From Podarcis liolepis (Eukaryota), in the NCBI GenBank assembly GCA_965112155.1, contig OZ218113.1: a stretch of DNA of 64,000 bases. The stretch is one strand, 5' to 3'. The notes beneath the pieces are model-generated. The model saw nothing but the letters and a program-made list of their open reading frames with translations, ran no database searches and was not told where the DNA came from. How positions within the stretch are numbered: the stretch's first letter is position 1; each line of letters opens with the position of its first letter. The position numbers and the translations under genes are program-made. Positions 1 through 13,582 of this stretch are shown here, in pieces.

Positions 1-3000
1 AAATTCTTAACCCAAGGTACTCATCTTAATCTAAGCTCCCATCACAATCTATTGTGTTGGGTTCAACAGAATGCTGCTTTCAATGTACTAATTTCAGTGG
101 GAGGAGGGGCAGAAGAGGTAATCCTGTGGGTATTATTGAAGACCTCTGTAAGCACAAATGAACCTTCAGGTGCTATGTTGCCGACCCCTGATGTAGAGAC
201 AAGAAGTGTGCAGTTGCTCAAAGTGCAATGGAGATGGTAATTTCATACCCTTTTGATTAAACTTGCCTTTCAAACCAGGAGGGCTGAATTGTAGATTTTT
301 TGTAAAGCATTCCAGTGGAGTTTGGGATTTTGCTCTTAGTTAATCAGTGTTACAGAACTAGATTGTATCATAACATTAAGCACAATTTAATCTGTTACAG
401 CGTTCTCATATTGCTTGAAGAGACACTAAAGCAGAAGTGACTTTGTTATAATTTTAAAACACTGTACTTTTTTCCTAATTGGGGAAGCCCAGAATTCCTG
501 CAGGGCTTTGCGTATATAATTTTGCATGGAGAGTCCTTTCCTTATTTTTAAAGATAAGAAAGCTGCTTGAAACATACATTTCTGCCATGAGACCAATATA
601 AAACTGGAAAATACCACACTTAAATATAGCTCTGCAGTTATTAAAATTAAAAATGAGGGTGCTGGTAGACAAACAACCTCTGCTCAAGTACATGTATGAT
701 ATTTTAGACATTGGGTTGCATTGTCTATTGGATTTTTTGCAACATTTGCTGCTGTTTAGTTACAAGCTTGGTATATTGACTCTGCTGCATCTGCAGTCCA
801 CTGTGCTTGTTATAACAGCTTATTTTCATCCACTAGAACCCTTTGGGTTGGGAGGGATCATCTGTGACTCATCTAGCTTGTGCGTTGGGGCAGAATTGAT
901 TTAATTATGCTTAAATATCACTGATAGATGGGTGTCGAGAGAGAGCGCTCTGCTTTGGATCTCTGCAGAGCTGTTATCTGGAAGTGCCCTTGGCAATTTG
1001 TCCCACTGCCTGGCATCAAATATTTTTGTCACGTTCGAGATGTTTTTATTATTGTGATATTTCAGATGAAGGACTCCAGTCATGCAAGCTTGTTTATAAC
1101 CTATCAGATAATGTCCTTTATTTGATTTAGGGCAGTGGATCACAGGCTTATTCCAAATTGCAGAGCCCAACTGACTTCATTTGGGTCTAGTCCATGCATA
1201 GGTGTCTACAGGATAAGTTTTTAATGAAGTACAATAAAAATGAGTAATTCAGAAACTTGATTTTCTGTACTAAACTGGCTAAATTAGATGAGTTCACTTT
1301 AAAAGTACATGTGAAAAGGAGCTAGGAGTATACAAAGGGGTTGTAGGGCCATGCCTTTTGCCCAGACTCCATTTTAACATGCAGCTTCTTCTGACTTCCC
1401 AGGGCAAGTATATGTAGCGGGAAGTCAGCTGTACAGCTCCCCACATGGTTTGGAACCTTTATCATGCGGAGCTTGAAGCAGGCTTCCCACTTCAGATATT
1501 TGACCTAAACTCTCTAGAAACCAAAAGAGCAATGTAGCAATAATGGTGAGGCTAGAAGTGTGGTGAGAAACAACCAAATTAGAACAAGGAACAGTTTCCA
1601 GCTTGCTATCCTGGCAGGCATGAAAACAGTATTGAGCTCATCCACTTCTTGGCCAAGCAGAACCTCCTGAGTGCTGTTCTACCTAACATTTCCTGTTACA
1701 ATTTCTTGGCTGTCATATTTCATGATTCCACCTTGCAAATTTTCTTGTTTGTATAATGGTGCGGCCATGCACTACTGAAGAACTATCTGGCAATGAATAA
1801 ATGATGCAGCAGCTCTCCAGCCAACCTTAATGTACTACTTATGAAACTGCAATTACTAAAACATTTTATGAAGTTTATTACTAGATGGCAAGAATGACTC
1901 TGCAGAAATGGGCTCCTGAGATTTTAGGCATGTGGAAAAACCCTAGCTTTCAGAATTGCTTTATTTTGTCTTTTAAAAAATGATCTGTGGTTTGGTGAGC
2001 ACTGCTCTAAATTAATTTTTTCCTGGTGGTTATTTTTTTATCCTTGCTGTTTGCCAATGATCCTAAAAGCATGCCTCAACTCACCCTGGATGATGAAATG
2101 GTAAGGAACCATTAGCTATTTTTGAGGTAGTCTACTTTCCGAGAAACAGCATGAACAATACTACCTGAGTTTACTTACAGAGCTTTGCTGTCTCTCTGTG
2201 TATCATAAGCTGAGTCAACACAACATATGTTGCGTTGATTCTGTAAATCCACAAACACAATAGGCTGATGGGTGAAATGGTATTGTGTGATGGATCATTT
2301 ACGGTACTGCTTAAGCTGCACGTATATGGTCAAAGAGGTTTCTCCAACAATGCAATGATTACTATTTTGTGTGTGTTTCCCCAGTAGGGTCATTAGATAA
2401 GAATTTCAAAAAGTGATCATGTAGCATCTGTTCTTGGGAGTGCTGTGGAACCTGGCCTCAAAGCTGTGAGGGTATTGAAATAAAGCATATATTTTACTTT
2501 CTGTGAGAATGTGGTAGGTTTGTAAAAAAAAATCCTTAGTCCCCCAATGACAAGTAGGAATCTTCTGCAGTTAACCACGCAAGCAAACATTTTTCAAAGG
2601 TTAGCGCTTTCATTTACGCCATAAATAAAAAGCATAAGCATGTGTGGGCAAGTATTTTTTTGTTATACAGTAATGGTATGATTGAAGATCCTGCCTAGAG
2701 TAGGAGATCCCCTAGGCAAGGGATGGTGGCAAGGATTGAAATGCATTGGTTTTCTTCAGATTAAAATATTAAACTGGCCTGGGAAATCATAGGGACCAGT
2801 GGAGATTGTTAGGCTAAACCTAGGCAGTAATGTGTTGGTTCAAGATTCAGTGGTGAAGCATTGACTGTGCTCAAGAGCTTCCTTAAGATATGTTGTGTAA
2901 CTGAAAGTAGCTGCTTGACTACAGGAAACAAAATTAGTACAAAAATAATTATGCATAAACTTTCTCTGCCGCACTAAGTCTTACCTGGAAGTAGACCCCA

Positions 3001-4404
3001 AACTATCGCTAACATGAGATTAATTCTCACTGTGGTGACCACAGTATAAAGATTTGACACAGGTGACATGTATTAGATAGCTCATTTTTCCTGAAGTGGA
3101 AGGATTTGCTTATTAAATGTCCCTCTGGGCCTTCCCAGTGAGCAGTGTACAGATCTTTTAAGTGCAGAGTGCTTCACTGTTCTTGGTTAGCTTATATATT
3201 TTGTGCAGCTATAGTGAAGGAGTGAACTCTTGAGGTTGCTGAAGTCATAGGCCATTCAGTTGCTTCCTGGTAGTCAGCATATGAGGTGTGTAGTAATCAT
3301 GCAGAAACTGCTAATGCTTAATCATGCATTTTATCATTGGCCTTTTGCTATTGGTGTGTGAAGTGGTGTACAAAAGAGTCAAAGCAGCATTTTCCTCAAG
3401 AGCTTCACAAGAGTATGGTTGATCGGCAGGTCTGAAACTTAATCAAGCAAATGGGGACCTTGGGAATATGGCTTGAACAGCTGAAAATGGGAGCTTCCGT
3501 GTCCCAGATGAAGTATCTGCATTTCTACAATGGGTAAACTCTCTCTGTGTGGTTTGGTTGAATGTCACTTTCTAAACCTCTAGTAAGAGATGAAGAGAGG
3601 CTTTGTTCTGGTGTGTCCATGCCTCTCCCTGGGTAAAAAGTAATTTTTATACAGCTATCTACAGAAATAGATAACAGGATAGAAAGGAGCATGAATTTCT
3701 ACCTGGAATGGAGATGAGAACAGGGCAGGTGTGCATATGAAGTGTATTGTTCTCTATACTGGGTACAAAAAGGACTGACCAGGCTCTCTGCCTTTTAGGT
3801 GTCAAAGCTGGTGGGGTATACATGCCAAACTACTAAATCACTGTCATTCAAGCTGTTATAACATGGTTGTTTTAACTTCTGTATGCAGCAGCTGAGACCA
3901 AGACTCTTGAATTTCCTTCTAAAATGATGCAGTTCTCTTCCCACCTTTGATACATACCCACACTTAATATTTCTTCAAATAAGAGCTAGTATGAAAAGGG
4001 TTCTGTGTTCATTGTTAAGACATTGGTTTCAATTGTCATAATTTTTGTGCTGGTGTGGATTTGATTCTGGCTTTCTTCCATTTACCCTCAACACTTAAAA
4101 AGAGCTACTGTTGGCTGAGTGAAATGTGATTTGTTTTCTAAAATGGCCACATGCTATTTCGATGCTAATGGAATCCTGCTGACTTGTATCAGTTCTAATT
4201 ATTAAGAGCAGGTTACTTGACTCTGTACAGATCCTGTGCAGAGGGAGAATAATGAAGAGTTTATGTAAACAAGAAACAGGTGGTAGCTTAAATTCAGTCG
4301 CTTAAACTCCCCTTCATCGATGTAATGCCACATCTGAGAGACTGCCTTGGCTCCAGTTGTGTGTATATTTTTGTGATGATCCTATTTTATCTTTGCAGGT
4401 CAGG

Positions 4405-4406
<2 letters not shown>

Positions 4407-4441
<35 letters not shown>
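4407..4441. repeat. (TG)n microsatellite followed by a MIR/Squam-like SINE fragment (to ~4510)
   Basis: Visible dinucleotide run; gactggcccaaggtc...atttgaaccc. Confidence 0.85.
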
Positions 4442-4442
<1 letters not shown>

Positions 4443-4554
4443 CTGGCCCAAGGTCAGTAGTGGTTGAGCACAAATTTGAACCCAGTTTCTAATGCACTGA
4501 CCACTATGCATGCTGTTAGGAGAGCCAAAGCAGGACTTGATCAAGCAGCATATA

Positions 4555-5087
4555 CGTATTTTTCCGTGTATAAGACAGAGGCCCCCTATTTTTGGGGACT
4601 AAATTTAAAGAAAATGAGGGGAGATGCCCCAAAGTTGTTGAGGTTTTTTAGGCGGATTTAGCTGCTCCCCCCAGCCACTGCAGGCACCAGCTGGCTGGCT
4701 ACGCGCAGCTTCCGCTCCACGCTGCTGCGGGAAACGCTCCCTAGAGCACACGCCTCCTGCAGCAACATGGGGGATAGTTGCACGCCCGCAAACCAGCTGG
4801 CTGGAGGGTTCACAGCTTCCCTCCCACGCCACTGCGGGAAACACTCTCCTCCTGCAGCAACATGGGGGAGAGTTGTGTGCCCGCAAACCAGCTGGCTGGC
4901 GGGTGCACATCTTCCCTCCCACATCGCTGTGGGAAACGCTCTCCTGCTGCAGCGGCATGAGGGGAGTTGCGTGCCTGCCAACCAGCTCCCCCCTCCCCTC
5001 ACACCACTATCCGTGTATTGGACGACCCCAGATTTTTGACATGATTTTTGAGTCAAAAACCCTTATCTAATACATGGAAAAATACGG
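4555..5087. mobile_element. Non-autonomous Tc1/mariner (Tc2-like) DNA transposon with internal ~95-105 bp tandem units
   Basis: TIRs (c)cgtatttttccgtgtataagac ... tacatggaaaaatacgg, TA flanks; unit ccagctggctgg recurs near 4687, 4793, 4888 and partly 4982. Confidence 0.85.
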
Positions 5088-6406
5088 TAGCTCTGCAAAC
5101 TGGGTTCTCATCTACAGAGCCACAGTCTGTATGTGCCTTCCCCTACAGCATGTGATGAGGAAACCAGCTGCCCATCTTGTATAATTCTTGAGGTTTAGAG
5201 ACATATCTGGGACTCCTGTGTTCTCTCCTTTTGGTACATTGCAGTTTAGATAGTAAGAATTCATTCTTGGGAGCAGAGTGGCTAATGTGTGGTTTTGAAA
5301 GTTCCCTACTTTGGGGCAAAGGTGATCTAGGTCTTGAGGACTGTTATAGATACTTCATGTGGATCTGGAAAATATTTTATTATGAGACAGGTTGATGGCA
5401 ACTTAAGTCTAACAGCGTGTGACTTAAGCCAGTACACAATGTTAAAATTGTTTTTTTGGATGCTACAAGGTGGAAGGCCTGTGAGGCATTGAGATAGTTT
5501 ACAATTATCATATTTAAATTAACTTAAATAATAGTTACTATTAGCCTTTAATTTGTGGCAGCTTAACTCCTGTTGGTGTTTTCTACACCCACATTAATAG
5601 ATCTAAGAATCAATGGAGATGACTTCAGGATCTTTCATATGTGTAGTACAAAGAGTGAGAGTCTCTTTAAAAGCTGTACTTCTTTGCCTTCTTATATGCA
5701 GCATGACTTTTGAAAATATTAAGCTTCTTAGGTTAGGTTATCAAACCAGTCACCACTACTGACTATTTGTATATGGGGTGGTGGTGGGAAATCTGCACTT
5801 TCAGAAAAGCAGAGTATTCTGAACTTCTCCTCTGCCTGCTCTATTTTCCATGGTTGTCAGCAGTCAAAAAATATTGAGACACAGGGTTTTCTTCTGATGC
5901 AGAAACATGCAAGTCTGAACAGACCTTCTGTTCAGTATCCTGATCTGTGAATTGCCCTGTTGCCGACTCAGGACATGTTTTGGCTTGGCTTAGTGTGGCT
6001 AATTGGCTTTGTCATAGCTTGGAATGCAAGGGAAGAGAAGTCCTTGAAATGACCTTGTTGGCAGCTGTTTAATGTGGAAGTTGTGTTTGACTTTGGAAAT
6101 GTTGGTTTAGAACATGAGAAAGTAAGTTGTCTCTTGCCTCATTGTGAACTGGGAATTAAAATGTCATGCCTAGTGCGACAGAGTAGTACTAATGGAGTGG
6201 GGAGGAACCAGGAAGAGAAAACAGAGCAACAAAACTTATAGTTGAATATTTAAAATACCAAAGTAACTCTTTTTGAAGGAGGTAGCAAAAATAACATAGA
6301 CTATACCATACATAAATTTCTCAGTTTTTGATCTCCTGATTAATATTGAAGCAGAGGGGAGCCGGGAGAGAAGTTGAATGCATCATGGTGAATGCACTGT
6401 ATAGGC

Positions 6407-6651
6407 CAGGGGTAGGCAACCTAAGACCCAGGGGCCGGAGGCAGCCCAATTGCCTTCTCAATCCGGCCCTTGGACAGTCCGGGAATCAGCGTGTTTTTAC
6501 ATGAATAGAATGTGTCCTTTTATTTAAAATGCATCTCTGGGTTATTTGTGGGGGCATAGGAATTCATCCGCCCCCCCAATATAGTCCAGTCCCCCACAAG
6601 GTCTGAGGGACAGTGGACCGGCCCACGGCTGAAAAAGGTTGCTGACCCCTG
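6407..6651. mobile_element. hAT (Charlie-like) MITE
   Basis: TIRs caggggtaggcaac ... gttgctgacccctg; related copy at 42121-42377. Confidence 0.85.
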
Positions 6652-7168
6652 GTGTGTTACAACTCTTCATGTTGTTAGGGACAGGGGGAAGCCTTTCATT
6701 TCAGAGTTTATTTTGTGATGGTGGTTTTTCAAATTTGTCTTATCCCTGAGCATAGATGAAAAGTGGAACTTGTGTTTGATGCTTAGTATCTCATTGCTTT
6801 CCAGTATTGTGTCCTAATTTACTGATGCTTGTGTTCTGCTCTATAGAGTAATCCTAGGTCAGGGTGAGCAATATTTGGAATACCTAGTGGAAAGATGGAG
6901 CAAAATTTTTGCTAAAGGATTAGAATCAAGAAATTAAGTAAAGATCCTGAATTTAATATTGCACTGCTTGATGTACGTTCTGCAAACAAACTTCTTTGAA
7001 TTTGAGGATAACATTCTCAAGAGCTTCATTATAGAAGAGACCTTGAGTACACTGCTACTCCAAAGTGGCAAGATGCTTTTTTGTCCCATATGATCAATTT
7101 AAAGTACAATACCTTAGGGGAGATGGAATTCAGTTTGCTCTCCTTATGGTTTGAGAAAGAACAATGTA

Positions 7169-7413
7169 CCGTATTTTTCGCTCTATAAGACGCACCAGAC
7201 CACAGGTCTGGAGGAGGAAAACAAGAAAAAAAAATATTCTGAATCTCAGAAGCCAGGACAGCAAGAGGGATCGCTGCGCAGTGAAAACAGCAATCCCTCC
7301 TGTTCTGGCTTCTAAGATAGCTGTGCAGCCTGCATTCGCTCCATAAGACGCACACACATTTCCCCTTACTTTTTAGGAGGGAAAAAGTGAGTCTTATAAA
7401 CCAAAAAATACGG
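7169..7413. mobile_element. Tc1/mariner (Tc2-like) MITE
   Basis: TA|ccgtatttttcgctctataagac ... gtcttataaaccaaaaaatacgg|TA. Confidence 0.88.
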
Positions 7414-8084
7414 TAGTTAACTGGGATGTATATTCACAGCACAAGATGATGTGTTGATGATGTGTCTTTTGTCTACATTCACGGGCAACAGGGCATGACG
7501 TGAAAAATTTTATATTATTTAACATAAAATCTGTCACTTTTATCCCTCAAGCCATGTCCTGTTGCACTTCCTCTCAAGTAATTATTCAAGGAAGAACCCT
7601 CCCCATTGAACTTGATACTGTACTTGTTTTTATGAAGTTTTATGAAGAAAGTGATTTTGTTGCATTCTTTCAGCACTGGCATTGCTAATGGCACTCAGGA
7701 TATTTCTTTGTATGGGAATGCAAATTATGGAATTGATTTTAGTAGCGGAGTTAAGCACATGCACAACTCTCTGCTTTACATAAAAAGGACATTGAAAGGG
7801 CTTCAATTTAGCTACACAGGCCTGTTGCAGGCATCATGTTTACAATCTAGGAGTTTGCAACCTTTTTTTCTTTCCCCTTCTGTTATAATTAATGTAAATT
7901 GTAAACTCCTTGGGATGGGGAATTGTATTTTGCTTATATTTTCTTAAAGAGCTTTTTACAGTGTTGTCACTAGATAAATTTATAATTTTGTACTATTAGA
8001 AAAAAAATCTCAACTCAGCATTAGATTGTTGGCAGCCTTGCGTATGTTTTAGCTTTGTTTGAAATGCTCTGTGAAAGATAATCT

Positions 8085-9230
8085 GTTTTGCTTGATCCCT
8101 CAGGAACTTTTGATACCATTGACCATGATACCCTCCTCTAGAGGCTTTGAAGGTTGGGAGCTAGGGGCACTGTGTTTCAGAGATTTCATTCCTACCTCCA
8201 AGGCCTATTTCAGAGAGTAACAGTGGGAGACTCTTGCTTAGTTCCTTGAGTTCCCATGTCAGTCTTGTCCCTCTTGCTCTAACATCTATTTGAAGCCATT
8301 GGGATATATCGTCAAGGGCTTTGGAGTGAGGTGCCATCAGTATGCCAATGACATTTAGCTCTAGCTTTCTATTCCACCTGAATCAGGAGGGGCAGTTCAG
8401 ATGCTGGACTATGTGCAGGCAGTAATGGGCTGTATGTGGACCAGGAAATTGAAATAATCCAGGTAACATGGAGGTACTGTGTGTTGCAGATTATTGAATC
8501 TGGGAAGAAGGGAGATGGGTGGTTCCCATGGAAGAAACAGGCAATATTTGACCCATCTATGTCATTTGAGGCCCAGGAAGCCTTGGTGGCTAGGAGTGCC
8601 TTTTCTAGCTGATTCACCAGCTATAGCTGTTCCCGCACAATAATAGTCTGGCTACTGTGATCCATGCTCTTGTAACTTCCAGACTGTACTGTTGCTATGT
8701 ATTCCATGTGGGACTGCCATTGAAGACTATTCAGAAGCAGCAACTAGAGCGGAATGTAACACCTAGTGGGTATCTATGGCTGCAGACATTATGCCAGTCT
8801 GAAAAATTATGCACTGGTTTCCAGTCTGTTAACAAGATGAATTTAAGGTGTTAATACTGACACAGACCCTAAATGGTTTGGAGCCGAACCATTTGAAGAG
8901 GTGCCTCCTCCCACATAGACATGCCTGGGTGTTAAGATATGTAGGTGAGGCCGTGATAGCAGCACTACCACCTTTTGTATTTTAAGGGGTAGGGGCAAGT
9001 GAGAGGGGTACTTTGCACCATCAATGTATGGCTTTTTGATGATTGGTCAAGGTGCACCAAGCCCTTCAGTTGAGTGGATGTGTGGGTGTTTACTTTATTT
9101 TGTCTTTGGTTACTTTTTGTAGTTTTTATTGATTACTTTAATGTAGATGCAGTTTTAATTGGGGTATTTTTGTAGCCCATCCTGGGAAGGGGAGGCTATA
9201 AGCACTAAATAAATAAATAAATAAATAAAT
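8085..9230 (+). mobile_element. Degenerate 5'-truncated L2-clade LINE (RT remnant to 3' tail)
   Basis: FDTIDH-, YA(D)D- and SRL.YC-like remnants; ends in (TAAA)n at ~9206-9229. Confidence 0.75.
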
Positions 9231-10739
9231 TTTGATTGCAAGAGAAATTATGCTTTTATACCTCCTTCCCCCCAGCTCTAAAGTTAATGCAGCTATTAAA
9301 ATAGCTTCCATTTCAGGAACCCATTTCTGCTGCTACACTCAAATGAAAAGCATTTCGAAGTTTACAGGATAATTAGACTGTAAGTGTCTGAAAAAATTGT
9401 AGGCATTCCAGTCAACAGTTTTCCCAATTGTTGTGCTCTCCTTATAATCTAAGGCATGCTTAGCACAAGACAAAAACTCTGCATGTCTATCACAGCTGGA
9501 ATGTTGCAAAGGAAGGAAGGTATTTATTTTCTTCAGTCTATTTTGGTTTTGTTTTAAAATTTTCCTCCTCCTTTACTTTTAAATGGCACTCTTCCATTGT
9601 CCTTGAATTTTCTTTGACCCTGGAAGGATACACAGCTACCTTCCTATTACACCACATACCCCTTCTTCTGCTTTCACTGCTTTCATTATTTTTTGGAGGA
9701 ACTAGCAAATTTGACTTGCCTAAGCTTAATGCTAGCTTCTAAACTGATTTTATGAGCTCTGATTCTAGATCACATCTCACAGTAATGGAATCATAATCTA
9801 CAATGTGGGTAGAACCAGCTTTTAAATGCTAGTTGTGCAAAAATGGAACAGTTGTTGATGTGTGGTAAATGACAAGACCATGTATAGGCAGAATTAAGTT
9901 GATGTATTTGGAAAAATCTGGTTGTGCTTCCTCAAGGTAGTAGAATTACTGTTTTTGTTTTTCCTGTTATTCCTGATAAGTATTCAGATATATACATTGT
10001 TTATTTTTTAGCGTGTTACTCACAAATGTATGATCTTAAAGTGGGGTGGGGAACTGGATCTGGCCAGTGGTGGGTTAAATCCTTATTTCCTTCACTCTAC
10101 CCCCAGCAACAGGCAAACTTTGACAAGTAGGAAAGTTTTCCTTTCCTGCATGGTTTGAAATAAAAACTGATGTGGATAAAAGCACATGGTGTTAGTTGCA
10201 GGTGTTTGTGATCAGCTGATTGTGAGCCCTTGGAAAACCCTATGCCATGATGGTCAGCAGTTGCAAAGTGCTGTGCTTCCTCAGTTGCACTAGGGAGTTT
10301 TCCTTTGGGGCTTGTTAGCAGAAAGTACCACTTGCAGATCAACACTTGGGCACTCAGTTTACGAACCCAGTTGCTCAAGCCATGTCTTTACCTGCCCTGC
10401 CCCTGACATCACATATGAGTGTGTTTTGGGGGAAATGGTGTCATGAGCCCAGGGGGGCACATCCTGACCTAATTAAACCTGCTGGCAAGCTGTTCCCAAT
10501 CCATGGGCTAGATGGTTTCATGTTCTGATTGTACAATGCAGCTTCATATTTCTATGCAAAATGTGGAGTAGGGTGGTAAAAAAAAATGGCAACGAATGCA
10601 TTGTTGTCACATCTTATTGACAAAACTACTGATTTTTGACTGGAGTAAAACATGCACTTGTACATTTAAATGAGGATTCCCAGCTGGGGGACATTGTTAT
10701 GCTATTACTATCCTGGAGCCAGAGCAGAAGATATATAGT

Positions 10740-10846
10740 TAGGGTTGCCATACATTCGGAATTTCCCGGACATATTCAGAATACTGCAGCCGCAAGTATA
10801 CAAAACTGAAAAAGGCTCAACAACTTTTTGAAATATGGCAACCCTA
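10740..10846. mobile_element. Short hAT (Blackjack-like) MITE
   Basis: TIR tagggttgccata ... tatggcaacccta; atatagt on both flanks. Confidence 0.85.
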
Positions 10847-12829
10847 ATATAGTGTACTATAAGCAAGTCTGTCCACTTTAGATCTGAAGTAGATGACCAA
10901 CGGATATGCCAACATACAAACACAAATTGCTACATCTGGGAGTCGTAACATCCAACTTGGACAATGACAAATTTACTTAAACATTTGCTGGCAAATAGAA
11001 GACAAGCACTTGACTTTAATCTTTCTCTGCTGCTTAAGCCACTACATGTGAAGTATGTATACAGGTAATGAATTTTCTCCACCTACTACAAGAGATATGT
11101 GTTACCATCTGTGGCTACAGTTGTCAGATTGAAGTGAATAATGAATCTGGTTGGGAGTAAGATGAAGTAAATGGATAAACAAGAATAATCCATAACAGGC
11201 AACCATATAACATTGTTTAAAGAGGCTCAGTGAAGACCACCCAGGACAGGCAACAATTTGCGCATAGTTTGTCTTCTCTGATTTTTTTAAAAAGCAGGTC
11301 ACAAGACAGAATGTTAGCTCTGGTTAGGTTGAGGATGGTCCTCCCTTCAGATTATAATATAATGTTAACTACCTGCCTCTGTAAATGTTTGTGCACCTTT
11401 GAACAAATTTGTTGCAGTTCGAATTCATTGCTAGCATATGAGTGTTGCAGTGGACGTCTTTTTTAAAAAGTGGACTAGCCTACCTGCCTGCACATGTGCT
11501 AGCCATTTTGTGGCCTAAAACATCCTAAGTCACTTTAAAGATTCTCTGCCTGAATGCATGAAGGCAGTTCTTACTTACCACAGGGAACCAGGTGAACAAC
11601 ATTTGCAAGCCTGTACTATGATCTAACAACTTTAGCTACATTTTCCTAAGGCTGTGTGGCCTATGCAGGGAAAACACAAGAGACAAAACATGAGGTTTGA
11701 GCTGCAAGTGGGGGAGCCATCATAAGTGATTAATTTTGAACTGACTGGGAGGGGGAAAGCGTTTTTAAATCTCCCCAAAGCCTTTATGTATACAAGATAG
11801 TAGACTTGGGCAGTCAGCCACCACTTCACACATAGCCTACTAGTACAAAGTCCCTCTCAGCCAGTGCTTAATGCAAATTTGCCTGTGTGCTGCATGTGAT
11901 GAGGATGCACTTTGTCGGGATATTTGCCCTATGAAATCTTTGTCCCAGACACTGCCTGTGGGTTATTCTTTTTAGCATTTAGCATGGTGTTGTTTTTAAG
12001 TGCTGCTGTTTCCCAAGTCCTTCTTTCTTTTATATTTAACTTTCACTTGCCCTTAAACATAGATGGCTGAATGCCAGCCCTTCAAAATCCACTTAGCCAG
12101 TTTCCGTTTTAAAATGTAAAAATTGCCAGAATGGCTGTTCTCTCAAGCCTGAGGTTTAATGAAGTGTGAAGAGAGCATTGGTTAATTCCCCCCGCCCCGC
12201 CCCCAAAAGCTCTACGTTCCATTTTTAATGGAAGAAAGGATAAACGTAGCCTTGTGAGCAAAGAGTTTGATTGATAAAGGTCTGGATTTTGCTCTTTTTG
12301 ATCAACCAGTAACTGGCACAGAGAAGGTCCTCTTGAGAGAGCCAGATATATTGGCCTACTAGATTTCGATATGAATGAAGCCTGGGTCCAATGCTCAGCT
12401 TGCTCTAGAACAGGGGTTCTAAGTTTTTGCAGAAAACCCCTCTTTCAATCCAATAAAAAGAAATATAGTAACTGCAGTAAGAACAAGGTTTGTGGGGGGT
12501 TTTGACTGATGAGACTCATGCTGGCTCAATTTTGGATGCCACAACAAACCATGGTTAAGGAGGGTTACGCATGGTTTGGCGTGATGTTTGAATGGAGAAA
12601 CTATAGTTAGTATCTTTTTGCTGTTCCCATGGATGCAATTGCACCACAGAATCAGGAGAGCAGACCTGGTAAAAAATGAAAGCAGATAAACAGCTCTTAA
12701 CTATGGCTTTATGTTTATGTTTGGAAGGTTGTCATGGTTTGGCGTGTTGTGTCGTCCTGGACCCAGGACCTGAGAAAACATGATTTTGGGAATCTGTAGC
12801 ATGTACTAAGTCAATTAGGGCACCACCTG

Positions 12830-12965
12830 CAATGTTTTTCAATCTTGGGTCCCCAGATGTGGTTAGACTACAACTCCTATCATCCATGACCATTGGCTAG
12901 ACTGCATGGGGCTGATGGGAGTTGCAGTCCAACAATATCGGAAGCCCCAAGTTTGAAGAACACCG
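12830..12965. mobile_element. Palindromic hAT-type MITE common in lizards
   Basis: gactacaactcctatcatcc ... gatgggagttgcagtcc fold-back; related copy at ~34457-34590. Confidence 0.7.
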
Positions 12966-13340
12966 GAGGAAGCTGTGCTCCAAGTAGAGAGGCATTCATT
13001 TTCTATATTAAATCAAGTTATATTTAAGATCAGCCCTTAGGGAATTATGACTGCTGGGACAGCTGTAAGCCCAATGTCTCAGAATGGTCCTGTTTTCCCA
13101 TCTGTTAAGTAAGTCTGTGGTGTTCTCTTATTGAAAATGCCCTCAAAGTGATAGAAAAGCATTGTTCCAATATTATTAGATTGGATAACAAAGGTGGATG
13201 TTAAGACATCTTTCCCTTAAGCAATTCAATCAGATCAGGTGTTTCTAATGCTCTTTTCTTGATTTTGAATAACTGGGGGTTGCATTCCCCAACCTTCCAA
13301 TATTAGGTTTCTTACCCTGTTTTTTATTTAATAAACATTA

Positions 13341-13582
13341 CAGTAGTACCTCAGGTTAAGTACTTAATTCGTTCCGGAGGTCCGTTCTTAACCTGAAACT
13401 GTTCTTAACCTGAAGCACCACTTTAGCTAATGGGGCCTCTTGCTGCTGCCGCGCCACCGGAGCCCGATTTCTGTTCTTATCCTGAAGCAAAGTTCTTAAC
13501 CGGAAGCACTATTTCTGGGTTAGCGGAGTGTGTAACCTGAAGCGTATGTAACCTGAAGCATATGTAACCCGAGGTACCACTT
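13341..13582. mobile_element. Tigger/pogo-like MITE nested in a minus-strand L2/SINE 3' tail
   Basis: TA|cagtagtacctcaggtta ... taacccgaggtaccactt|TA; flanks rejoin as aaacatta-taccgctctt. Confidence 0.85.

Noticed and set aside
4605-5070. Several overlapping ORFs with repeated peptides; repeat array could be mistaken for CRISPR
   Set aside because: Tandem units inside a TA-flanked MITE, no unique spacers, vertebrate context
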